Shown: positions 17,130-25,732 of the stretch, in pieces
How the letters are laid out: every line of letters begins with the position of its first letter
Numbering within the stretch: position 1 is the stretch's first letter
Origin: Ktedonobacteraceae bacterium
Lineage (GTDB): Bacteria > Chloroflexota > Ktedonobacteria > Ktedonobacterales > Ktedonobacteraceae
Reading direction: 5' to 3'
Assembly: GCA_035716105.1 (NCBI GenBank)
Contig: DASTKE010000154.1
Coordinates: 1 to 27,603 of the forward strand
Length of the DNA: 27,603 nucleotides
Made by a program: the position numbers and the translations under genes
Notes under the pieces: generated by a model
What the model saw: the letters and a program-made list of their open reading frames with translations, nothing else
Databases searched by the model: none
What the model was told of the DNA's origin: nothing

Positions 17130-17680
17130 AGCAGGCACTGGGAGCGGTTATCAAGTACGCTACGAACCATATTATCAGTCATGTACCATCCTACACGCTG
17201 CGTCACGCCTGGTATCGCAAGGTGCTGGGATGGCATATGGAGCCGGGGGCGTCTATTCTCATGGGGCAACAGGTGCAGATGGCTGGTATACGCACGAGCG
17301 GAAAGAAAGTCTCCATCGGTGAGGGAACGGTGATTAACTGGAACTGTCTCCTCTACACGACGGGTGGATTGATTATCGGCAGGCATGTCAGCATCTCTGC
17401 CGGGGCCTGGTTAGTGACCGGCTCGCACGACATGAACGATCCGTTGTTTCCTGACTTCTACAAGCCCATCGTCATTGGTGACTACGCCTGGATCGGGATG
17501 CGCGCTACCATCCTGGGAGGCGTCACTATCGGTGAGGGGGCCGTTGTGATGGCAGGAGCAGTAGTGACACACGACGTTGCTCCCTTCGCGGTTGTCGGCG
17601 GCGTTCCCGCGAAGGTTGTCCGGGAGAGATCACTGCGAGAGCCTTCCTACACACTCGAATTCCACCCGGCTCTAGAGTGA
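17126..17680 (+). CDS. Hexapeptide-repeat (left-handed beta-helix) O-acyltransferase, WcaF/MAT-like
   Basis: IGEGTVI, IIGRHVSIS, IVIGDYAWIG, VTIGEGAVV and VVGGVPAK; ATGA overlap with the flippase stop. Confidence 0.92.
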   Translation: MKQALGAVIKYATNHIISHVPSYTLRHAWYRKVLGWHMEPGASILMGQQVQMAGIRTSGKKVSIGEGTVINWNCLLYTTGGLIIGRHVSISAGAWLVTGSHDMNDPLFPDFYKPIVIGDYAWIGMRATILGGVTIGEGAVVMAGAVVTHDVAPFAVVGGVPAKVVRERSLREPSYTLEFHPALE

Positions 17681-17711
17681 GCGGCGCTTTGCTAATACTT
17701 GTGACCATGAC

Positions 17712-17931
17712 GTAGGGGCGCGATTCATCGCGCCCGCCAGGGCATCGGTGCAAAAATGGAACAAAGGCACCCGCAAGGGGCCACTCGTTCCCCCTGGCTC
17801 TACACTCTATGGCCCGACGTCGGTGGCTGTAGGGACAGGGGTGGTTGGGAGGCGGTGGAGCGGCCCCTTGCGGGTGTCCTGGTGGTATTTCCCGCTGCCC
17901 GGCGGACGCACGCGATGGATCGCGCTCCTAT
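17712..17931. repeat. Nested, degenerate GTAG-type REP-like palindromic cluster between convergent genes
   Basis: GTAGGGGCGCGATTCATCGCGCCC (17712-17735) has an inverted degenerate copy at 17908-17931. Inner inverted pair 17766-17786 / 17858-17878 (19 of 21). Further partial pair near 17790-17805 / 17828-17843. Confidence 0.75.
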
Positions 17932-17940
17932 GTTCGTCCA

Positions 17941-20103
17941 CTATCCGCCATAGACGGACGTGCGCAGCGCTTGAAACCAGGCCTGATTCATCGCGATGGC
18001 TCCTGCCGGAGTGGGGTGGATGCCATCGGAGAGCAGGTAGGTGCTGGCGTGGCTCTGGAACAGGGAGTAGAAATCCGGCCCGGCCATCAGTCCATTGGAG
18101 GTCGTCAGTTGATCGATGGCCGCGTTCAACGCCTGTATTTCCTGCTCCATGCTTGCTCCCCTCCCTTTTATATAGGGAATATGAGCCAGAACGGGAATGT
18201 GTCCAGCTTGTTTGATGCTGGTGATGACCGTTTGCATATTTGCCTTGAACTGCGCGGGCGGCACCTGTTCTAAGGCATCATTGGTTCCCCAGCCCAGCAG
18301 CCAGTAATGCATATCGGGGTTGAGGGAAAGCCAGAGTCCGATATCCTGCGCAGCCCCTTCGCTGTTCCAGCCTCCCAGGCCGATATCAAGCATGGGTGGG
18401 AAATGTTTGGGAAAAGCCGTGTGGACAAGGTCAGTGTAGGCAGGAAGATTCGCGTCAAAGCGATTGTAGGCCATCACTGTGATCGAATCGCCTGAGAAGA
18501 CGTAGGTGTCTTCCAGGCTGGCAGCGGCGGAGACATCGTAGACATCGATCTGGTCAATGGTGAGGTAGGGTTGGCTGGCTTGCGGCTGCCCTCTGGTCAC
18601 TGTCAGCTTGACCCATGACTGACCCGCGAATGGCAGCACGTGCTCGCGAATGCGGGTATGGTTATCGACTACCGAGACCTCTGTCTGCCAGGTGCCATCC
18701 GCGCCGTTGGTGCTATTTGCTGAGACCGAGATGGTATAGTCTTGCGGACTCATACCGTTGTTACTGATATAATCAAAGACATAATCGCTGTTCCAGGAGA
18801 GCAAGATACGAGATGGCCCACTGCCGATATGAAGAGCACACCAGGAGGGGAGCGCGGACAGGTTCGTGCGCCAGAACGAAAAGTTGCCGTAGTGTCCGTT
18901 GACAATCGCCTGCGGCCCTCCTGGCCCTTGATTATTGGGTGAACAGTAGACCGGCTTCCCACGGGAGATCAGCGGCCAGGTGTTCGTATTCGTAGTTGTC
19001 GTTGTTGTCGCGGCTGTCGACGCGGCTGTTGGTGATTGTCCCGGCGTTTGCGCGGGCAAGTAATGCTGAATCAGCGCTTTGAGGGCATAGTATTGCGGCT
19101 TTGGCTGATTTGTATCGACATCGAACATGTCGAGATGCCCATAGCCACTGTAACTGGCCGCGTCAAATTGACAGGCAAAAGCAGCGCCTGCTTCCGCCAT
19201 GGAGTGAATCGCCTGGGTGGTGAACTGGTTGATGAAGTTTGTGTCCTCTCCATATGCTGGTGGAGGGTTGCCGGGATCAAAGTTCCATTCGGTGATGCCC
19301 ACGGGCAGGTCTTTCCCCAGGACATCGTAGGCCATAGATTTTACTTCTCGTATCACTTGCCCGTAGCTGTTGGCTTTGGCGAGACAGCTTTCCTTACTAT
19401 CGTTATAGCAGGGATACCAGTGGAAGCTGATCGCATCGGGGAGGACGCCTGATGCTTTCACGCCTTCCAGGAACGCCCGCATGAAGCCATTATTTCCCTG
19501 ATCGTTATAGGTCACAGGTCCGATAAATTTGGCCTGTGGATTGATTTTCCGTAACATCGGAATAACTGTGTTCCACTGCTTAAGGTAGGTATTGATAGAG
19601 ATACCATTGTAATCCGGTTCATTGCCGAATTCATAGATGTTGCAGCGGGAGCCTGCATACTTGACGACGTGAGTAGCGAAGGCCACGTTGGAGATGTTCA
19701 CTAATACTCCCAGGCAGGTCATGCCGCTATTCTCGATGGTTTTCAAACGCTGCTCAATCTCGGCATCGGTTGTGGCGTGTCCATCGGCGAGGCTTTTATC
19801 GAAGAAAAAGGTGCGCATGAGGGTGAAGTGCGCGTCCTTGAGAGCCTGCTGGATGCTCGAACTGGTTTCGACGTTATTCTTCGCCCATTCCTGCGTATCG
19901 TTCGTCCCGAAGAGAAAAGAGGAGGCTCCTTGCTGCCAGATTTGCTGTCCAGGAAGCACGGTTGCTCCGGTCGAGGCTGCCTGTGTCGAGGAAGTTGTTC
20001 CCTGCGATGAACACGATGCGCAGGCAAGACAACAACACATCCCTATGATGAATGCATAGCGCTGCCACCATAAGTGCCGGGAATTTGCTCTCATCGATTG
20101 CAT
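17941..20103 (-). CDS. Secreted/lipoprotein trimodular enzyme: clan GH-A glycoside hydrolase, Thr-rich linker, discoidin/galactose-binding-like module, SGNH/GDSL esterase
   Basis: Cys-rich signal IIGMCCCLACASC; YEFGNEPD (acid/base) and GITEWN (nucleophile); LISRGKPVYCS module; GDS, G, GTND and DGIHP SGNH blocks. Start 20103 chosen from SD GAGAGGG; the ORF runs to 20157. Confidence 0.85.
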   Translation of the reverse strand: MQSMRANSRHLWWQRYAFIIGMCCCLACASCSSQGTTSSTQAASTGATVLPGQQIWQQGASSFLFGTNDTQEWAKNNVETSSSIQQALKDAHFTLMRTFFFDKSLADGHATTDAEIEQRLKTIENSGMTCLGVLVNISNVAFATHVVKYAGSRCNIYEFGNEPDYNGISINTYLKQWNTVIPMLRKINPQAKFIGPVTYNDQGNNGFMRAFLEGVKASGVLPDAISFHWYPCYNDSKESCLAKANSYGQVIREVKSMAYDVLGKDLPVGITEWNFDPGNPPPAYGEDTNFINQFTTQAIHSMAEAGAAFACQFDAASYSGYGHLDMFDVDTNQPKPQYYALKALIQHYLPAQTPGQSPTAASTAATTTTTTNTNTWPLISRGKPVYCSPNNQGPGGPQAIVNGHYGNFSFWRTNLSALPSWCALHIGSGPSRILLSWNSDYVFDYISNNGMSPQDYTISVSANSTNGADGTWQTEVSVVDNHTRIREHVLPFAGQSWVKLTVTRGQPQASQPYLTIDQIDVYDVSAAASLEDTYVFSGDSITVMAYNRFDANLPAYTDLVHTAFPKHFPPMLDIGLGGWNSEGAAQDIGLWLSLNPDMHYWLLGWGTNDALEQVPPAQFKANMQTVITSIKQAGHIPVLAHIPYIKGRGASMEQEIQALNAAIDQLTTSNGLMAGPDFYSLFQSHASTYLLSDGIHPTPAGAIAMNQAWFQALRTSVYGG

Positions 20104-20303
20104 AACGGACCCTCTCGATCTAGCTTCACTGACATTGTACCGCTTACACAATACCATATGATAGTGCTAATGATGTGCCTGCTGATGTCGTGATCTGGTA
20201 TAGATTGAATATCCATCGCCCCGATCATACGCATTGCTGCACTATTTATTCCTCGAAAGTACGCTCCCACTACCCGGTTAATCACCATAATTATACACGG
20301 CTC

Positions 20304-20312
20304 TGCTACACT
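20304..20312 (+). promoter_or_regulatory. Candidate extended -10 promoter TGcTACACT for the GNAT gene
   Basis: Motif match about 85 bp upstream of ATG20396. Confidence 0.35.
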
Positions 20313-20395
20313 GAATTTCTGAGTATATGGTATGTGGAGGCTGTTTCCATCACGATCACAACCTATGACGGCAGCTTTCAGGGAGGGATATTCAA

Positions 20396-21442
20396 ATGGC
20401 ACTTGCGCTCGCCACCAACTCCGATTTAAACGCTTTTATTGAACAGCAGGCTACAGAAACGTTTTATTTCCGCCAGGAATGGCTTGATCTGATCGCTCAG
20501 CTTTACGGGTACACAGTCATTCCACTCACCACGAAAAACGCGGCTGGGGAATATAGCGGCTTCCTGCCTCTTTGTGATATGCACAGTCCGCTAACGGGCA
20601 GGCGGTTGGTGGCTTTGCCTTTTGCCGATTTCACTCCTCTGCTGGCAAAGGACGAAAGCAGCGCCCACGATCTGATTGATCAGGCGCTTCGTCTGGCACG
20701 GCAGCACAGGGCAAAATACCTGGAATTGCGCAGCGGTGCCAATGCTGTGCTCGCAAAGCGCCCTGAACTGGTGGAGGAAAACCTGTATGTGAGCTGGCAG
20801 CTCCCGCTGGCTGCCGATGCCGGTGCTGCCTGGTCAGCATTGAGGAAACCAGTACAGCGCCAGATCAAGAAATCACAGGGATCAGGTGTGCAGGTGCGCA
20901 TTGCCGAAAATCGCGAGGATATGTTGCATTTTTATCGTCTCCACCTGCAAACGCGCAGCAAAAAGCACGGTATGCCTGCGCAGCCACGGCGTTTCTTCTT
21001 TGATCTCTGGGATGCCTTTGCCGCTAACGATGCCATGCAGTTGCTGCTGGCGGAGCACGAGGGAAACGTCATCGCCAGTATGGTCCTGTTCGCTTCCGGC
21101 TCAACTGTGCGCTATGCCTACGGCGCGTCTGATGAGCGGTCTCTGCGCCTGGCACCCAACAACCTGCTGATGTGGAAAGCTATCACATGGGGCTGCTCGC
21201 GGGGATATAAGACGCTCGACATGGGACGAACATCGTGCGACAACGAGGGGTTGATGGAGTTTAAGCGCCGCTGGGGGGCAGTGCAGCAGCCGCTGCCGTA
21301 CTATTACTATCCACAAACGGCTGGACTGGCCTCTACATCTGAAAGCAGTTGGAAATTTCGCCTGCTCACAACAAGCTGGAAAAAGCTCCCGCTTCGGCTA
21401 GCAGGGCCATTGGGCGGGCGTATCTACAAGCATCTTGGCTGA
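20396..21442 (+). CDS. FemAB-like / GNAT (Acetyltransf_6-type) protein
   Basis: LVALPF.D, YLELRSG, RQIKKS, YAYGAS, PNNLLMWKAI and LDMGRT..DNEGLMEFKRRWG; double-GNAT length; SD GGGAGG. Confidence 0.88.
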   Translation: MALALATNSDLNAFIEQQATETFYFRQEWLDLIAQLYGYTVIPLTTKNAAGEYSGFLPLCDMHSPLTGRRLVALPFADFTPLLAKDESSAHDLIDQALRLARQHRAKYLELRSGANAVLAKRPELVEENLYVSWQLPLAADAGAAWSALRKPVQRQIKKSQGSGVQVRIAENREDMLHFYRLHLQTRSKKHGMPAQPRRFFFDLWDAFAANDAMQLLLAEHEGNVIASMVLFASGSTVRYAYGASDERSLRLAPNNLLMWKAITWGCSRGYKTLDMGRTSCDNEGLMEFKRRWGAVQQPLPYYYYPQTAGLASTSESSWKFRLLTTSWKKLPLRLAGPLGGRIYKHLG

Positions 21443-21452
21443 AAAACCGGAG

Positions 21453-21506
21453 CGTATAATGGAGGGCGATGGTTGCGCATTCTCGACCATCGCCCTCCAT
21501 TATGCG
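21453..21506. terminator. Hairpin of about 21-23 bp between convergent genes; probable bidirectional terminator
   Basis: 21453-21475 pairs with 21484-21506, including two T/G pairs. A T5 run follows shortly after the stem on the minus strand. Confidence 0.7.
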
Positions 21507-21525
21507 TATGCGCTCTCGGCTGCCA

Positions 21526-22548
21526 CTAATCGCTTGCCGCCAATGCAACGTCTCTCTGGCGTTCTTGTCGATCCAGCGTTTCCTGAGCCATCGCCAGGAT
21601 ACGCACGACTTCCAATCCGACACCGCCGTGGGCGCGGGGCTGTTCGCCAGTACGAATGGCATGGGCGAAATCCTCGCATTCGAGCCGCAGCGGTTCCCGC
21701 CAGTCAATGTAGGGAATGGTGATTTCACCGTTGCGATAGGAGATAACCGGGTCGGCGTAGACATCGGCTCCTTTGTTATAGACCTTGATCATTTCAGAAG
21801 GGTTGGTGTCATCATAGACTACCATGCGCAGGTCGCCAATCACCGTCACACGGCGAATCTTGCAGGGATGGAGCCAGCTCACATGAATATGGGCAACCGT
21901 TCCGTCCGCGAAACTCAAATCCAGATCCGCGACATCCTGGATATGCGTCTGGATATGGGCGTGGGCATGAACCCGAATGCGTTCCGGTTTTTTGCCGAGA
22001 ATGTACAGCAAAATCGAGATGTCATGGGGCGCAAGGTCCCATATGACATTGATATCCCTACGAAATAGTCCCAGGTTTACCCGGTCTGCCTCGATGCGGT
22101 AGATTTTGCCGAGGTCTCCGCTTTGTACGAGCTTGCGCAACTCGTTGACGGCGGGATTGTACTCAAAGGTATGTCCAACCATCAAGATACGCTGCTGCTG
22201 CTTTGCCAGGGCAACCAGTTCTTCGGCTTCCGCGACGCTGGCTGTCAATGGCTTCTCGACAAGCACATGCTTTCCATGTAATAAGGCTTCTTTCGCCAGC
22301 TGGTAGTGCGCACGCACAGGTGTGACGATCACGACTCCATCGACATCTGACCGGAAGACATCCTCTGCTCGTGTTGTCTTGCGCACCCGCGACAGGTACT
22401 GATCTGTTTCCAACAAGGCCAGGCGGTGTGCATCTGCATCTGCTACCATCGTCACCGCCGAATGTGGTAAGCTATCAAGGTTGCGTGCCAGTTTAGGACC
22501 CCAGTATCCCCAACCAATAACCCCGAAACGCAGGTCCATCATGTCCAT
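21526..22548 (-). CDS. Gfo/Idh/MocA family oxidoreductase (probable nucleotide-sugar dehydrogenase)
   Basis: GVIGWGYWG, GKHVLVEKP, MVGHTFEYNP and WDLAPHD motifs. Confidence 0.93.
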   Translation of the reverse strand: MDMMDLRFGVIGWGYWGPKLARNLDSLPHSAVTMVADADAHRLALLETDQYLSRVRKTTRAEDVFRSDVDGVVIVTPVRAHYQLAKEALLHGKHVLVEKPLTASVAEAEELVALAKQQQRILMVGHTFEYNPAVNELRKLVQSGDLGKIYRIEADRVNLGLFRRDINVIWDLAPHDISILLYILGKKPERIRVHAHAHIQTHIQDVADLDLSFADGTVAHIHVSWLHPCKIRRVTVIGDLRMVVYDDTNPSEMIKVYNKGADVYADPVISYRNGEITIPYIDWREPLRLECEDFAHAIRTGEQPRAHGGVGLEVVRILAMAQETLDRQERQRDVALAASD

Positions 22549-22866
22549 AATACCCCCAATCTATCTGAAATATGTTTTGCATCGCGAACTCCCTCCATAA
22601 CGGGTACAGTACCATCCAGATGTTTTTTCACCATGCCCATAGTGGTTGAGAACAGGTGCTGTCATCCCAGGCGCGTAGAGAAAGCTCTACCAGAACAAAG
22701 CGTGATGTTCTTCCTGATTTGAGTGTTTATATGGCTACTTCTTTCTACTCTTTTCATCCATCTTTCGATAAAAATTTACACCCCACATACACCTACGGCA
22801 TGTATGCTCTTGAAGAGGGTATCGGATAATAAGCTTTCAGCCTCTACCTGTAAAAGGAGTGTTCGT

Positions 22867-23541
22867 ATGGTCGTTGAGTCTGCACCACTTCAGATTGTCA
22901 GCAGTAATCCTGGCTACCTGAGAGCCAAGCGTGTACTTGATATTGTGTTTACGTTGCTTATACTCCTCCCACTGGTTCTGGTTATCGCCATCGTTGCGCT
23001 GGTGATTCGTCTTGACTCGGAAGGGCCGATCTTTTTTCGCCAGAAACGTATAGGAGCAAATGGTGAGGAGTTTACGATGTTTAAATTCCGCTCGATGCAT
23101 GTAGACAGTAATGATGCCATCCACCGGCAGGCTGTAGAACGCTATATGCAGGGCGAGATTCTCAATAGGGAGGATCAGCCTGGGAGCCTGTACAAGTTGA
23201 GTGCTGATCCCCGTATCACAAGAGTTGGGCGCTTCATTCGCAGAACCAGCATTGATGAGCTTCCCCAATTTTTTAATGTCCTGCGTGGCGAAATGTCCCT
23301 GGTTGGCCCACGCCCTCCATTGCTGTATGAGGTTGATCTTTATTCATCACACGACTGGCTGCGCCTCTCTGGCAAGCCGGGCCTGACCGGTACATGGCAG
23401 GTCTACGCACGCAGCCAGGTTAGCTTTCAGGAAATGGTAGAGATGGATATTGTCTATCTAGAACAGCAATCGCTCTGGCTAGATATGAAACTCATTCTGC
23501 TTACCCCTGCTATCATGGTTTCTGGACGCGGCGGCGCGTAA
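22867..23541 (+). CDS. Priming sugar (phosphoglycosyl) transferase, Bac_transf family, stand-alone catalytic domain (224 aa)
   Basis: SD AAAGGAG before ATG22867; [51 protein letters not shown] and KPGLTG. Confidence 0.95.
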   Translation: MVVESAPLQIVSSNPGYLRAKRVLDIVFTLLILLPLVLVIAIVALVIRLDSEGPIFFRQKRIGANGEEFTMFKFRSMHVDSNDAIHRQAVERYMQGEILNREDQPGSLYKLSADPRITRVGRFIRRTSIDELPQFFNVLRGEMSLVGPRPPLLYEVDLYSSHDWLRLSGKPGLTGTWQVYARSQVSFQEMVEMDIVYLEQQSLWLDMKLILLTPAIMVSGRGGA

Positions 23542-23627
23542 ACAAGAACATGAGCCGGGCCTGATTTGCGTTCCCGTCGATCTGCTTTCCCTCCTTATAG
23601 ATAGTGATAGTAGCACTCTCTCCCTGT

Positions 23628-24002
23628 TCAGGGCAGAAGTGCCACTATTGCGTGGGCCTGGCGTGGATGGAGAAAGCACGAGGGCTTCAGTCTGTTATAT
23701 CGTCGACGTTCGTGGACTTCCATGTGTTCAATGAGCGTACGCATCCGGGCTGAATCGATAACCACCGGAAAAATCGTATATCCGGTGATCTTACTCAAGA
23801 ACTCGATCAGGAAGGTATCGTAGCGGTCTATGATGGCGACGGTGAGTACCCCTTGTGCGGCACCTACGACGACACAGTGGTATTGCTTCATCATTTTGAG
23901 TGGCAGGACACGTTGATAGCGCGTTGGCACTCGTCGCAACGCTGGGAATTGTGGTATGAGATCACCGCGTACATCTTGCGCCATATCTTTTAAGTTCCCC
24001 AT
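23628..24002 (-). CDS. Stand-alone GspE/PilB N-terminal-domain (T2SSE_N-like) protein
   Basis: LPLKMMKQYHCVVVG...LTVAIID..D..LIEFLSKITGYTIFPVV resembles the N-domain of secretion/pilus ATPases; no ATPase domain. Start uncertain (up to 24074). Confidence 0.65.
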   Translation of the reverse strand: MGNLKDMAQDVRGDLIPQFPALRRVPTRYQRVLPLKMMKQYHCVVVGAAQGVLTVAIIDRYDTFLIEFLSKITGYTIFPVVIDSARMRTLIEHMEVHERRRYNRLKPSCFLHPRQAHAIVALLP

Positions 24003-24160
24003 GCAGCAATGTCGTCCCTTAGCCGACCTCGACCTGGCGTGCATAATAGGCTCTTTTGAGAAGTATACAGGCAAGATGTTCTCATGAGATGTTCAAGAGG
24101 GCAAAAATAAGGTGTTAGCAAGTATTCAATGTGGAAATATGTTCACTATCCATATAGAGA

Positions 24161-24195
24161 GGGGGAAGTGACACAGAGGGTGTGTCACTTCCCCT
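24161..24195. terminator. 14-bp perfect stem-loop downstream of the response regulator; probable terminator
   Basis: GGGGAAGTGACACA (24162-24175) pairs with TGTGTCACTTCCCC (24181-24194); 5-nt loop. Confidence 0.6.
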
Positions 24196-24234
24196 TCTTT
24201 CATAAAAAGAAGTTCCGGGTGGTTCGTGCTGGGA

Positions 24235-24975
24235 CTAGGAAACGAATGCGCGAGGCCGCGCTTTCTCGGACTCAGGTTCATGCTCATCAACGGAACGGCG
24301 TACCAGGGTGTAGCCAACACCCGGAACCGTCAAGATATAGCGCGGGTTGGCAACATCCGGCTCGATCTTTTGGCGCAGGTGGCTGATGTGGGCTTTGATG
24401 AGGCTGGTATCACCATCGTTTCCCAGACCCCACACGTGTGAAACAATTTGATCATGGGTGCAAACGTTGTTTGCGTTCACTGCAAGGAGATGGAGCAATT
24501 TGCACTCCGTGGGCGTCAGGCGGGAAGTCTTCCCGAACATGCTCACTTCATTATGCAGTGAGTCAACGCAAACAGGGCCGACGGTGATAATGGAGGCGGG
24601 TCGCTGGCTGAGTGTGGAACGCGCCCGGCGACTGACCGCTCGAATATGGGCCAATAGTTGTCCGGGAAAGAACGGCTTGCGCAAATAATCATCGGCTCCC
24701 GCCTCAAGCGAGCGAATCTCATCCTGCACACTTTTCCCGTCGGTGATGACCAGCACCAGTGCATCATGCTTGTGCCGCATGTTATGACACAATGCCAGTA
24801 CATCGGTATTTTCAAAGGCAGTGTCTATAATGACAAGGTCAGGTTTTTGCTCTTCCCATTCGAGTTTTGCCCGGTCTTCTGTATAGGCTCGATATACTTC
24901 ATGACCGAGGGTTTTTAGCCAGCCGGTGAGCATTTCGACCAGGTCACGATCACTGTCAACAACGAGGAGTTTCAT
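24235..24975 (-). CDS. OmpR/PhoB-family response regulator
   Basis: Receiver domain (LVIID, AGADDYLRKPF...LLAHIRAV) and winged helix (LTPTECKLL, IVSHVWG, AHISHLRQKIE, ILTVPGVGY); no cognate kinase in the window. Confidence 0.93.
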   Translation of the reverse strand: MKLLVVDSDRDLVEMLTGWLKTLGHEVYRAYTEDRAKLEWEEQKPDLVIIDTAFENTDVLALCHNMRHKHDALVLVITDGKSVQDEIRSLEAGADDYLRKPFFPGQLLAHIRAVSRRARSTLSQRPASIITVGPVCVDSLHNEVSMFGKTSRLTPTECKLLHLLAVNANNVCTHDQIVSHVWGLGNDGDTSLIKAHISHLRQKIEPDVANPRYILTVPGVGYTLVRRSVDEHEPESEKARPRAFVS

Positions 24976-25732
24976 CAGTTCCCCCCAATCCTTTGTGAGA
25001 AATAGTGTCCTAAAGCGCTACTCTTTTACGTACTACAGAAATAAGGATTTGCACTGTAAAACAGCGCAGGGAAATCCCAAAAGAATGCCTTACTCTTCTT
25101 ATCCCCCACGGAAAGAAAGAGTTACAGTCAGATGCGATGGGTTCCAGAGTCTCAAACTATGGTTTTGCGAGGAAGAGATGCGTCTCTCCGGGTCTACACC
25201 GTCCCACCATCCTCACAATAGAGATGTGAGCGCCGAGCGTCTCACGAAATGTGGATGTCGATAGAATGTATGCAGCTTTCTTCCGATAAGCTGTCCCCTA
25301 ATTGCCTGTATTGAAAGGCATCAATCTACAAGTACCCATTTTAAACGAGTCTGTTTGTTCCCCCGAAATTTCAACTACCTCAGATACTATAACCTATACA
25401 ATAATAAATTTCAATAGGCATAAATAAGGTGTATATCATGAATGCTCCTTTCTTTGGGGTTACATTTTGTAAATAAAACAGATATTTAATGGTAAAAATA
25501 TTTTAGCTGAAGCATAAGAAAGCCCTTCATACCTTGTCTTGCTTGCATCTCATGAATAAGCCATTCTCAACAAAGCGGAAAGGCGTGTTTATTTGCATAC
25601 GAGAAATTCTTCTTCTTTACCCTATTTTAACAAAAATCTGCACCACCTTTGCACGAGTAATGGGCAAAGAAGGCTTATTTTTGTGAGAAATTGAGGATAA
25701 TTCAGAGCCACTTACCTGTATAAAGCCTGTAG

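Noticed and set aside
18985-19035. GTT/GTC-rich low-complexity tract
   Set aside because: Explained by the Thr/Ala-rich interdomain linker of the GH-SGNH protein; not a separate repeat element.
22669-22690. ops/JUMPstart-like GGCGCGTAG with a small GTAGAG/CTCTAC stem upstream of the priming transferase
   Set aside because: Does not match GGCGGTAG, and no NusG paralogue is present in the window.
25080-25260. c-di-GMP-I riboswitch in the regulator leader (CGCAAAACC on the minus strand)
   Set aside because: The GNRA tetraloop/receptor and the upstream GGCAAAC-type element could not be found; it needs an Infernal scan.
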